Assembly: GCA_046759445.1 (NCBI GenBank)
Contig: JBHICG010000007.1
Location: 29,027-93,026 of the forward strand
DNA length: 64,000 bases
Direction of reading: 5' to 3'
DNA from: Candidatus Scalinduaceae bacterium
Lineage (GTDB): Bacteria > Planctomycetota > Brocadiia > Brocadiales > Scalinduaceae
Part shown: in pieces, positions 48,667 to 58,118 of the stretch
How the letters are laid out: each line of letters starts with the position of its first letter
Numbering within the stretch: position 1 is the first letter of the stretch
Program-made: the position numbers and the translations under genes
The notes under the pieces: model-generated
The model's database searches: none
What the model was told of the DNA's origin: nothing
What the model saw: only the letters and a program-made list of their open reading frames with translations

Positions 48667-49638
48667 TTACCGGTGAATCTCAATCGGACTATCAAAGAGT
48701 TGATATTGAGTAATCCGTTTAGGAAAATATTTCTGCCATATATCCCTGCATGCCAGTTCTTTTGTAACATCTGGATTTTTGCAACCACATAAGTGTGTGC
48801 TTATACCATATCTTTCCGCAAGTAAGGATATACGTCTATGCTGCTTTGCTCTGAAATGTGGATTGAGGGCCCTAACCTTTGACCTGTTCGCAAGAAGGCT
48901 TAAAACAACACTGCTATCAAAGGCCCTTGAAATTCTGTTTAAGGCTACCGTATGCCCTAATGTATTACGAATGTTTTTATATATGGTGGGTCTAAGAAAT
49001 AGATAATTTATACCCGCACTCTTTACGCCCAGGCTTTTTAATACCTTAAACAATGGTTCAAGGTTATTAATTGTGTCCGTCAAACCCGGGATTAATGGAT
49101 CCAGTTTAATCTCTGGCGTAATCCCTATATTAATTAAAGAGCTTATATTCCTTAGTCTGGTCTTGGGATTTGCTGCATGTGGCTCGATCAATCTTTGAAT
49201 GTTACTGTCCAGCGTTGTGATACCTATACTAGCCTGAACCAGATTACGGTATGTGCTTAATAAGGCAATAAATTTTTTGGGAATGTAACCTTTGGTAAGA
49301 AAACTTATGCCTATACCTTTTTGGAGTAAAAGGGACATTAAACTGAATGTGGTATCCAGGATTTTTTTTACCGGTTGAAAGGCATCGCATGAGGGGCTGA
49401 AGTACACAAACCCTGGCAACTTCTTTTTGCGATGCAGTTCATCCTCTAGTTTTTTTGCTATGTTAGTGTATAATACAACAGTCTCATCGCCAGGATAATT
49501 TGAATACCCTCTTGCATAACAGTACGAACACAGATGCACACAACCTGCAGTTGGGTTTAATGTAAAGATATTATTGAGGCATTTAAGCGAAGATGGTGAT
49601 AAAACGCTGGATTTTCGTTCTTTGAGTAGCACCTTCAT
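48667..49638 (-). CDS. Radical SAM protein, spore photoproduct lyase-like family
   Basis: NPTAGCVHLCSYCYA, DAFQP, LTKG, EP.A.....R, PLIPGLTD motifs. Confidence 0.85.
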   Translation of the reverse strand: MKVLLKERKSSVLSPSSLKCLNNIFTLNPTAGCVHLCSYCYARGYSNYPGDETVVLYTNIAKKLEDELHRKKKLPGFVYFSPSCDAFQPVKKILDTTFSLMSLLLQKGIGISFLTKGYIPKKFIALLSTYRNLVQASIGITTLDSNIQRLIEPHAANPKTRLRNISSLINIGITPEIKLDPLIPGLTDTINNLEPLFKVLKSLGVKSAGINYLFLRPTIYKNIRNTLGHTVALNRISRAFDSSVVLSLLANRSKVRALNPHFRAKQHRRISLLAERYGISTHLCGCKNPDVTKELACRDIWQKYFPKRITQYQLFDSPIEIHR

Positions 49639-50001
49639 ATTTAAGTTAACCACTGATATCCATGGAATTACAAGAACCTTTACTAATGTATTATACAAAT
49701 ATAAAGTAAATTGTCTGGAAAGCCAATAAAAACCTGTACATTTTATCTAGTAACAAAAGATTAAAAAAAACACGTTTGACACGTACTTTTATGCTGACTA
49801 TATTTAGGTTATTAAATTTTGTGTACTGATTATATATCGGAAAGTCTATAACTTATTAAATATTTCATTTATAAAACTCGCTAGTTTTATTACGATGTGT
49901 TGTACAAAGTCTTCAAGAGTAGTTTTATTTTGCGAAGCTCATCCGTCAACGACATTTTGACGGACGTAATAAATAAATTAGCGACAGAATGGAGCTAATT
50001 T

Positions 50002-50421
50002 ATGAAAACAATAACTGATTCAGTAAATATTTCAACGCAGGGAAATACAGACATAATCGATATCACACATCAGGTAGAAAACATCCTGAATAAAACAGGC
50101 CTAAAACAGGGGACTCTCACCGTATTTGTTTCCGGGTCCACGGCAGGAGTAACAACTATTGAATACGAGCCAGGTCTGTTAAAGGATTTGCCTGAGGCTT
50201 TTGAAAAACTCGCACCCACCGGAGTTACTTACCATCACGATGCTACATGGGGAGACGGAAACGGATACGCACATGTGCGGGCGGCTTTACTGGGTTCCTC
50301 ACTCACGGTTCCCTTTAATAATGGTAGACTCTTTTTAGGCACGTGGCAGCAAGTCGTCGTAATAGACTTTGATAACCGACCTCGAAATCGTAGCATAGTT
50401 ATACAAATGACGGGCGAGTAG
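50002..50421 (+). CDS. YjbQ/UPF0047 family protein
   Basis: HHD..WGDGNGYAH and LGTWQ motifs. Confidence 0.93.
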   Translation: MKTITDSVNISTQGNTDIIDITHQVENILNKTGLKQGTLTVFVSGSTAGVTTIEYEPGLLKDLPEAFEKLAPTGVTYHHDATWGDGNGYAHVRAALLGSSLTVPFNNGRLFLGTWQQVVVIDFDNRPRNRSIVIQMTGE

Positions 50422-50525
50422 TTTAATAAGCCTGCCCTTTAACATGGTGAAGTTATAACTTCTACCGATACACATGAAATTTCGGGTTTCCTTTTTTCTT
50501 CAAAATTTATCATAGGCGTAATTAT

Positions 50526-50990
50526 ATGAAGATTTATATCGGCACAGATCATGCGGGCTTTGAACTGAAAGAAGAGCTGAAAAAGTTCCTTGAAGGTTTA
50601 GGTTGTGAAGTTGAGGATATGGGAGCTTATGAATTTAATGAAGCTGATGATTATCCGGATTTCATTTGGCCGGTTGTTAGGGCAGTGGCCGAAGATATAG
50701 CCAAGGGCCTGGATACAAGAGGAATCGTTATTGGAGGCTCTGGTCAGGGAGAAGCGATAGTGGCTAATAAAGTAAAGGGTATCAGGGCAGCAGTCGTTTA
50801 TGATAAATATAGCGCCAGGATGTCGAGAGAACATAATGACGCTAACATAATATCTCTAGGGAATAGGACATTAAGCATTGACGAGGCAAAAGAGTTAGTT
50901 AAGCTTTGGCTGGAGACGCCGTTCAGTAATGAAGAGAGGCATAAAAGAAGGATTGAGAAAATTAGGGCAATAGAAAATGATAATTTGTAA
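50526..50990 (+). CDS. rpiB: Ribose-5-phosphate isomerase B (Glu-type active site)
   Basis: DHAG, DDYPD, GGSGQGE, REHNDAN, RH.RR motifs. Confidence 0.93.
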   Translation: MKIYIGTDHAGFELKEELKKFLEGLGCEVEDMGAYEFNEADDYPDFIWPVVRAVAEDIAKGLDTRGIVIGGSGQGEAIVANKVKGIRAAVVYDKYSARMSREHNDANIISLGNRTLSIDEAKELVKLWLETPFSNEERHKRRIEKIRAIENDNL

Positions 50991-51248
50991 TATCTTTTAT
51001 ATTATCTTTAAAATAAATAGAAGGGCAATTATTTACCGAAGACATTAAGAGTTAACCTGGACATTGAAACTAAGGTTTTTTTCCTCCATAAATAAGGGGA
51101 AATCCTTATTTATTTCTTTTTCGAAAAGCTTTATAATAATAATAAAGATGCACGCAATTTAAGGAACTTCTTTTAAATATTCATTGTTAAATCAAATAGA
51201 AGAATATTTAAAATATCTCACATCACCAATTTAAAAGAAGGGGGGGCT

Positions 51249-52391
51249 ATGCGAAGAACCAGCAATAAACTTTCCTTTGGTTCCGTCTTTATTGTATTTT
51301 CTTCTCTCATTTTTGGTTTTATTTGTTTCCTGCCATCTGTTGCTTTTACACAATCTGCAGATGAACCATACGAACTAAACCTACCTTCATATGTATTGGA
51401 ACCCATAATCCCGGAAGACAATCCATTGATGAAAGGAAAAGTAGATTTAGGTCAAAAACTTTATTTCGACAAACGACTTTCTGCAGATGATACCGTCAGT
51501 TGTGCAACTTGCCATGACCCTAATAAAGGATTCGCAGATGGAGAAGTAGTTGCGATCGGAATAAAAGGACAAAAGGGTGCCAGAAATAGTCCTACCGTGC
51601 TAAACGCCGCCTTTTTTGATACCCAGTTCTGGGATGGAAGAGCATTGACATTAGAGGAACAAGCGAAACTACCCATAACAAATCCAATAGAAATGGGCAT
51701 GCCTTCTCATGATGCTGCCTTAGAGAAAATATCGAACATACCTGAGTACAGAACTGATTTTAAAACTGTCTTTAGTACGGACAGTATTACGATTGATCAT
51801 ATTGCGCAGGCAATTGCATCATTTGAAAGAACGCTTATTAGCTTTAATTCACCATTTGATAGATTTATGGCAGGAGTGGATGATGCAATAAGCGCTTCTG
51901 CAAAAAGAGGCTGGGAGCTGTTTCAGGGAAAGGCACGCTGTTTAACCTGCCATGAATTTAACGTATCTTACCCTTTTTTTACTGATAACAAATTCCACAA
52001 TATAGGTGTCGCAATGAAGGATAAGGATTTTGGACCTCTAGCACGCAAGGCTGACAGCCCTGATGCAGACCCATCCGCACTTGCACGTGAAAAAGCGTCT
52101 TCTGAACTCGGACGTTTTTTAGTGACCAAAGAACCAAAGGATATCGGTGCTTTTAAGACCTCCGGACTCAGAGACATAGCCTCCACCGCCCCGTATATGC
52201 ATGATGGCAGCGAGCCTACACTGGAAAGTGTTATTGAATTTTATGATAAGGGTGGTGTCCCCAATCCCAATCTGGATGGAGGGATCAGGCCGCTTAATCT
52301 CTCAGAAGAAGAAAAAAAGGATTTAGTAGAATTTATGAAGGCTTTAACAAGTGATGACTTACCAGAACTTATTAAGGCTCTTAGTCCATAA
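51249..52391 (+). CDS. Di-heme cytochrome c peroxidase/MauG-family enzyme
   Basis: CATCH and CLTCH, QFWDGRA, NPIEM, TAPYMHDG; Tyr 14 residues after that His; signal peptide. Confidence 0.92.
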   Translation: MRRTSNKLSFGSVFIVFSSLIFGFICFLPSVAFTQSADEPYELNLPSYVLEPIIPEDNPLMKGKVDLGQKLYFDKRLSADDTVSCATCHDPNKGFADGEVVAIGIKGQKGARNSPTVLNAAFFDTQFWDGRALTLEEQAKLPITNPIEMGMPSHDAALEKISNIPEYRTDFKTVFSTDSITIDHIAQAIASFERTLISFNSPFDRFMAGVDDAISASAKRGWELFQGKARCLTCHEFNVSYPFFTDNKFHNIGVAMKDKDFGPLARKADSPDADPSALAREKASSELGRFLVTKEPKDIGAFKTSGLRDIASTAPYMHDGSEPTLESVIEFYDKGGVPNPNLDGGIRPLNLSEEEKKDLVEFMKALTSDDLPELIKALSP

Positions 52392-52441
52392 AATTAAAAT
52401 GCACAATACTCGTGCAAAAGACTTTTTAGGAGGCAAATAAC

Positions 52442-53530
52442 GTGAACATTAAAAAGGATAGACAGGACAGAAAAACAAAATATGAATCATTATCAGAATT
52501 AAACCGTAGAGAATTTTTAAAGACTGCAATTGCAACTGGAGTATTTGCTGCTGGTTCGGGATTAATTACAAGTTGTTCTTCTCAAACGCTTATGCACCAA
52601 GTTGAAGCAAAATACGGAACAGATGAATTTACGTTTGCTTACATATCCGATTCACACCTTTTAGACCGTGGCAGGGATCATAGATTTGCAGTATCATTAA
52701 TAAAGGCAGTAGAAGATGTGAATGCCATGGACCCTCAACCAGACTTTGTACTTTACGGAGGAGACCTGGCACAATTAGGTCTAAAAGAAGAATTATCCCT
52801 CGGGAAAGAAATAATCGCCAAACTAAAACCTAAGTTACATATGATGGTAGGTGAACATGACTGGTATTTTGATATGGGTGAGGTATGGAGGGAATATTTT
52901 GGCAAACCTACATATTCTTTTAATCACAAGGGAATACACTTTATTATACTTAATAGTGTAGTGGTGAAGGATTATTGGTCAGAACCTAAAATGACGCAAA
53001 TGGAGCGAATGCTATTCATGGCGCAACTTGATAATCCAAAGGGCAGGCCATTTACCGTTGGCGAAGAACAACTCAAATGGCTGAGTGATGACCTTGCAAC
53101 AGTAAACAAATATACACCTATTGTGGTATTTTCACATTCACCTCTGTATAAATACTATAAGGCATGGAATTTCTGGACTGACGATGCAGAGGATGTTCAG
53201 GAACTATTATCTCCATTTAACACCGTAACTGTCATACATGGACATACACACCAGGTGCTTACGAATAAGATAAGGAACATTACTTTTCATGGTATGATAT
53301 CAACAGCCTGGCCATGGCCCTATGCGCCAGAAGGTATACCAAAGCTTACGGTTCAAATGGATAGGCCAGATCCATTTAACCAATTTGACGGTACTGGATG
53401 GGGAATAGTCGATACACTTCACGACGGAAACGTTAACAAAACTTATAAACTATGGGATAGGAATCCAATGACTGTTTCATATGATAAGGTATCGACAGGT
53501 AGAGGACTTGTACCAGGACCTTCTTATTAA
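52442..53530 (+). CDS. Tat-exported calcineurin-like metallophosphoesterase, probable lipoprotein
   Basis: NRREFLK Tat motif, LITSC lipobox-like; DSH, GD, GEHD, H, GHTH metal motifs. Confidence 0.88.
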   Translation: MNIKKDRQDRKTKYESLSELNRREFLKTAIATGVFAAGSGLITSCSSQTLMHQVEAKYGTDEFTFAYISDSHLLDRGRDHRFAVSLIKAVEDVNAMDPQPDFVLYGGDLAQLGLKEELSLGKEIIAKLKPKLHMMVGEHDWYFDMGEVWREYFGKPTYSFNHKGIHFIILNSVVVKDYWSEPKMTQMERMLFMAQLDNPKGRPFTVGEEQLKWLSDDLATVNKYTPIVVFSHSPLYKYYKAWNFWTDDAEDVQELLSPFNTVTVIHGHTHQVLTNKIRNITFHGMISTAWPWPYAPEGIPKLTVQMDRPDPFNQFDGTGWGIVDTLHDGNVNKTYKLWDRNPMTVSYDKVSTGRGLVPGPSY

Positions 53531-53545
53531 TTTTAAGCAGATAAT

Positions 53546-53610
53546 AGATTTCCGATCAGGTCGGAAATGACAATGTATACTTTTTGTCATTCCCACAAAA
53601 GTGGGAATCT
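53546..53610. repeat. Back-to-back TGTCA-tagged REP pair
   Basis: AGATTTCCGATCAGGTCGGAAATGACA ... TGTCATTCCCACAAAAGTGGGAATCT. Confidence 0.75.
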
Positions 53611-53725
53611 AGAGACTTAAATCAATAATAGCTTTCGTGATCCTTGGTGTAACGGAGTACCTTGAACATTTAATAAAATATTAATTAATATAAATAGAAC
53701 AAAAATATGATAGGAGGAAATAATA

Positions 53726-54442
53726 ATGAAAACCACATATATTGTTTTTACAAGCCTATTTACCCTTTTGATTGTTTTTTCTATGTCAGCAAAGGCCGAA
53801 AACAACTCAGTTGCTGATAATCCTGGTGTTATCACATCATCTGAAAAACAGTCCGTTCAGATTGTTACTGCCTGTGATGGGAAAAAAAGGGTTATTGTAG
53901 AAGGATACAGAGAAGGAGAACCAATGCCAGAACACAAGGCAAGAGAAGTTGCAAAACTCCTTATGGCCTTAATGGATTTCTGTGAACAAGAAATTACGGC
54001 AAGGTTACCCAAGACTGAGATGGCTTTAAAGCTTTCAGTTAATGGCAATCCTTTCATAAGCGTTAAAGAGATAGAAGAATTACCGCTAGTTTTAGCGCAC
54101 GGAGGAGTACCACACACAGAAAGAGAAAAAAGAGTCTGGACAGCAGAAATGGATCGTCTCATTAGTAATGGATATAAAGTTTTCCATGACCCGACACTTG
54201 GTACAAATGGAATTTCTTGCGACATGTGCCACCCTGATGCCTCTAATACGCACCCTGAAACATACCCAAAATTTCAGACACAAATCAAAAAGGCATCACT
54301 CCTAAGAGATATGATAAACTGGTGTATTGAAAACCCACAAGAGGGTGTAAAGCTTTCAGGTGACGACCCCAAAATGAAAGCTTTGGAGGCATACATAATT
54401 TCTGCCCGTGCTGGTAAAGTCCTTGAATCAGGAAAACACTAA
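53726..54442 (+). CDS. Exported mono-heme cytochrome c with SoxA/TsdA-like fold
   Basis: Signal peptide; CDMCH; YPKF...LRDMINWCIENP.EG..L..DDP.M.ALEAY. Confidence 0.8.
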   Translation: MKTTYIVFTSLFTLLIVFSMSAKAENNSVADNPGVITSSEKQSVQIVTACDGKKRVIVEGYREGEPMPEHKAREVAKLLMALMDFCEQEITARLPKTEMALKLSVNGNPFISVKEIEELPLVLAHGGVPHTEREKRVWTAEMDRLISNGYKVFHDPTLGTNGISCDMCHPDASNTHPETYPKFQTQIKKASLLRDMINWCIENPQEGVKLSGDDPKMKALEAYIISARAGKVLESGKH

Positions 54443-54493
54443 TAAATTCATACCTGCATTGTTGTTATTTTGTAGATTATGAAGATTAGGCTT

Positions 54494-54949
54494 ATGAGAA
54501 TTTATATTGGTACAGACCATGCCGGTTTTGAGCTAAAAGAGGAATTGAAAAAGTTCCTTGAAGGTTTAGGCTATGAAGTAGAGGATAGGGGAGCTTATGA
54601 ATTTATTGAAACTGATGACTATCCGGACTTTGTTTTTCCTGTTGCTAAAGCTGTTGCCGAGGATACTGAAAATAGAAGAGGAATCATTCTCGGCGGTACT
54701 GGTATAGGCAATGGAATTTTGGCAAATAAAGTAAAAGGTATAAGGGCTGGAGTTGTTTATGATGAGTACAGCGCAAAAATGTCGAGAGAACATAATGATG
54801 CAAATGTGATGACATTAGGCGCTAGAACATTACCCATTGATAAGGCGAAAAAATTGGTAAAGATTTGGCTTAATACGCCTTTTAGTAATGAAGAGAAACA
54901 CAAAAGAAGGATTGAAAAAATCAAGCAACTAGAAAATGATAATGTCTAA
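54494..54949 (+). CDS. rpiB: RpiB paralog with atypical active-site loop
   Basis: Close paralog of 50526-50990; GGTGIGN in place of GGSGQGE. Confidence 0.85.
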   Translation: MRIYIGTDHAGFELKEELKKFLEGLGYEVEDRGAYEFIETDDYPDFVFPVAKAVAEDTENRRGIILGGTGIGNGILANKVKGIRAGVVYDEYSAKMSREHNDANVMTLGARTLPIDKAKKLVKIWLNTPFSNEEKHKRRIEKIKQLENDNV

Positions 54950-55011
54950 ATATTCTAAAAATTATATTAAACAAGCAGAATAGATCTTTAATCATGGACC
55001 GAAAACATATA

Positions 55012-55043
55012 GCTTGGGTGAGTCTATAAGACCCAACCCAAGC
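55012..55043. terminator. Hairpin between convergent genes
   Basis: GCTTGGGT GAGTCT ATA AGACCC AACCCAAGC. Confidence 0.45.
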
Positions 55044-55100
55044 CTTCTAACAAGGTTTACGTTGGCTGATTAAGTGGCATCCCAATGTATCATCTCTGAC

Positions 55101-55532
55101 CTATGTTTTGATCCTGTTTCTCCTTTTCTTTCTAATATCTCTCCTAAAACCTTTTTTATCACGCTTTAAATTTTTATGGTCACGGCGCAACTTTCTTTTA
55201 TCATGATCAGAATCTCTCATAGCATCTCTGCCTGGTCTTTTCTTATCTGTTCTGAAATCACGTCTATGGCGTTTATGACCATCTATGTTGTCTCGATTCT
55301 GGACTCCATGTTTTTTAAGCAATTTTCCACGACGCTGAGCATTTTTGGCAATATCAGGATGTTTGCGTAAAAATTCCTTATCCTGATACAGATTTCTTGC
55401 AACCCCTGGATGATTTTTAAGCCAACGCTCATTGTTTAATAGACGTCTGCCATCTTCTTGTGCCCAAACAACTCGTCCTATGCCAAAAGACATTGTGATA
55501 ACCGCAACAATTAAAATAGCCTGTCTTTTCAT
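55101..55532 (-). CDS. Exported basic, low-complexity protein
   Basis: AAGGAGG RBS before MKRQAIL; signal peptide ending VWA; (W/F)L.(N/K)HP repeats; Arg/Lys/Asp-rich tail. Confidence 0.7.
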   Translation of the reverse strand: MKRQAILIVAVITMSFGIGRVVWAQEDGRRLLNNERWLKNHPGVARNLYQDKEFLRKHPDIAKNAQRRGKLLKKHGVQNRDNIDGHKRHRRDFRTDKKRPGRDAMRDSDHDKRKLRRDHKNLKRDKKGFRRDIRKKRRNRIKT

Positions 55533-55619
55533 CTCTTCCTCCTTTTCTCGTAATAGTTTATGTGCTTTTAAGTTGTAACTACTTCTTTTACTCTGGGGCC
55601 CCATTAGTCTCGTTACTAT

Positions 55620-55647
55620 ATTAAACACACATAAACGAAAAAGTTTC
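55620..55647 (-). promoter_or_regulatory. Putative ECF-sigma promoter
   Basis: GAAAC-N16-GTTTAAT on minus strand; near-copy at 57098-57125. Confidence 0.6.
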
Positions 55648-55679
55648 GTAGGAATTTTGATTTTAAGTGGATATGACCA

Positions 55680-56300
55680 TTATCTTCGCTGACGTTTGTT
55701 TTTTGGACGGACGTCCCTCTTGGGTTTTGGGAAAGGACGCTTTCTTTTGATATCTCTATCTTGAGACTTAAATTCCCTGCGTAATTGTTGCCTGCGTTCT
55801 GGAGGTAGCGATTTCCATTTCTTTCTCTTCTCCTGCAGATGTTTTCTTTGTTCGGGTGACATTCCTCTCAGCCTCTTATGCCGTTCTCTTATTCTATTCT
55901 TTTGTTCTGGAGATAAATCTTTCCACCTGCGATACTTTTGCTTGATAGCTTCTCTTTTGTGAGGAGGTAAATCCTTAAACCTGTGCCAATTATTTCTTAA
56001 TCTATTCTGTTCAGCCGGGGGAAGTTTTTTAAATCGTTTAAAATTATCTCTAATTTTATGTTTATCCTGTTGACTTAAGTTTTTCCATCTTTTATATCGT
56101 TGGCGTATCTTTTCTTTCTCATCCTCAGGCATCGATCGCCAGCGGTTGAGGGAATCCTGATTAAACCTGGAATCAGGCAAATCTACCACATCCTGCGCAC
56201 TGCTTTCCCGGGTAAAAGGCAGAATACCAAAACACCCGTAAAACAACACAATTGACATCAATGTCCTTGAAATGAACAATGAGACATTTTTTCTATTCAT
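55680..56300 (-). CDS. DUF3106-like exported helical-repeat protein
   Basis: Signal peptide; repeated (W/F)..L(S/P)PE.(K/R)..(I/L)R units. Confidence 0.8.
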   Translation of the reverse strand: MNRKNVSLFISRTLMSIVLFYGCFGILPFTRESSAQDVVDLPDSRFNQDSLNRWRSMPEDEKEKIRQRYKRWKNLSQQDKHKIRDNFKRFKKLPPAEQNRLRNNWHRFKDLPPHKREAIKQKYRRWKDLSPEQKNRIRERHKRLRGMSPEQRKHLQEKRKKWKSLPPERRQQLRREFKSQDRDIKRKRPFPKPKRDVRPKNKRQRR

Positions 56301-56574
56301 CGGTCTTCACCTCATTATTAATATCTTCATCAATCATCTTATAATCCTTTAAGAAATCAACTTCTACATCTTGAAACATGTCAAGATTTTCTAATATGTC
56401 TAAATCCTTAATTATCTCCCGATCTTCTTGAGAAATTTCTTTGTCTGTATTCTTTTCTTCCTGATTTTCTACAGTTTTTTCTTCATTATTTTCAGCCAGG
56501 ATTGCGTTGACGTTCATCATTACCATAAAAACTATTAAAAGTGTTTTTTTGTTAACACACATAAGATATTTCAC
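56293..56574 (-). CDS. Small acidic exported protein
   Basis: Signal-like N-terminus; EIIKDLDILENLDM resembles the anti-sigma C-terminus. Confidence 0.65.
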   Translation of the reverse strand: MKYLMCVNKKTLLIVFMVMMNVNAILAENNEEKTVENQEEKNTDKEISQEDREIIKDLDILENLDMFQDVEVDFLKDYKMIDEDINNEVKTDE

Positions 56575-56575
56575 A

Positions 56576-57079
56576 TCAGGATCCTATGGTATTCAAATTT
56601 TCAATGATTTCCCAATCTTCCAACCAATCTATATTTTCAATAATGTCAATATTTTGTACTAACTCCAACTCCCCTAATAGTTCCAAATCTTGCGGATTCA
56701 TTGAAGCCAGCATGTTATCTGTCTTTAGGTTAATAAGATAATTCGAAAATGTCAAAATACATACGATTATGACCATCGATACCGTTGCCCAAACAAAAGC
56801 CGGCTTTCTCACTGTAAAGATGTCTTTTAGGTTTAAAAGGAATCGTTCATACCAGGGCCTCTCTAAGGATAATCTTTCCCAGAAACGGGATATATAGCCG
56901 GGTTCAGGTTCCACATCCTCCCATTTCGAAAGTAGATCCCAGGATTTTTCAAAACGGACCATTTCCTTCTGGCAATGAGGACAATCATTCAGATGCTCCT
57001 TAACTTTTCTCAATTCTTGAGCTTCAAGCTGTGCATCCAGGTATACGGGAATAAGTTTTTGTATACTTTGACAATCCAT
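56576..57079 (-). CDS. Zinc-binding (ZAS, zf-HC2) transmembrane anti-sigma factor
   Basis: MDC...YLD.....HLNDCPHC; single TM segment. Confidence 0.9.
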   Translation of the reverse strand: MDCQSIQKLIPVYLDAQLEAQELRKVKEHLNDCPHCQKEMVRFEKSWDLLSKWEDVEPEPGYISRFWERLSLERPWYERFLLNLKDIFTVRKPAFVWATVSMVIIVCILTFSNYLINLKTDNMLASMNPQDLELLGELELVQNIDIIENIDWLEDWEIIENLNTIGS

Positions 57080-57097
57080 TTTACGTCTCCCTATCTT

Positions 57098-57125
57098 ATT
57101 AAACACATAAACATGAAAAAAGTTT
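57098..57125 (-). promoter_or_regulatory. Putative ECF-sigma promoter before the anti-sigma gene
   Basis: AAAC-N17-GTTTAAT on minus strand. Confidence 0.6.
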
Positions 57126-57155
57126 GTTTTATTTTCATCTAATATAAATTAATTT

Positions 57156-57770
57156 CTAATCGAACTGAATTAAATCTTTTAGCTTTTCTTTTAGATTAAG
57201 TTTAGCTCGACTTAGGAGAGATTTGACCGCTGCAATCGAACAATTCATGGTTTGCGCAATATCATCATAAGAAAGTTGCTCATAACGCCGTAAATTAACG
57301 GCCATACGTTGATTTTCGGGCAAAGAGGCAATTGCATCTTTAACGGCCGCAACTGTCTCCTTTTGATCTATTGTCTGATAGGGATTTTGGTTATCTGCAT
57401 CAGTTAGTTCGTGTTTTACTGGATTACCTTTGACTTCAAAGGTCTCCTCAAAAGAAACGACAGAGCGTTTTTTTCTTAACTCATTAAGACAAGTGTTCTT
57501 GGCGATCTGGTATAGCCAGGTCTGGAATTTGGCCTTCGGTTTATAAAGACGTGCGTTTTTGTAAACCTTAACAAAAACATCCTGAGTCAAGTCTTCGGCT
57601 ACCTCTTTATTGCCCACAAATCTGTATATCAGATTCATGACTCGTTTGTAATATTTATCCATGAGTTTCTCAAAGGATGCTTTATGCCCTTCTTGAAACT
57701 CAAGCATTAGCAGAACGTCTGGATCAGTAAGATAAGGGTTTTGCTCTCCCTGAGAACCAGAAAAAGACAT
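57156..57770 (-). CDS. ECF RNA polymerase sigma factor
   Basis: AEDLTQDVF, FQTWLYQIAKN, LSYDDIA, VKSLLSRA motifs. Confidence 0.95.
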   Translation of the reverse strand: MSFSGSQGEQNPYLTDPDVLLMLEFQEGHKASFEKLMDKYYKRVMNLIYRFVGNKEVAEDLTQDVFVKVYKNARLYKPKAKFQTWLYQIAKNTCLNELRKKRSVVSFEETFEVKGNPVKHELTDADNQNPYQTIDQKETVAAVKDAIASLPENQRMAVNLRRYEQLSYDDIAQTMNCSIAAVKSLLSRAKLNLKEKLKDLIQFD

Positions 57771-58118
57771 AGTTGTCTTGAAGGGTTTCTAATTGTTAAA
57801 TTGGTCTATAGGAGTGAAGTAACAGAAAAGCAAGTTTCAGCAGTTATTACGTTAACGCATTAAGGAACATAAAACAAATTTTTTCGCTCCTCAATATAAA
57901 CGCACAGTAAGGGATAAGTCAAGGAGAATTTAGTGTTTTTTAAAGAAATACAAAATACTTAGTTGCTATATCGCAAGTCAGATATTTTTTATTTTATGTC
58001 AAGGCATTCAAAATTAAAGTATAAAATCGAAGTTACTAAAGCCAATGAAGAGAGAAGGGTTGGAAGTATATCAGGGTACGTTATAAGAGCCTCTCAAGAA
58101 CAACTTCCATTCCTACTC

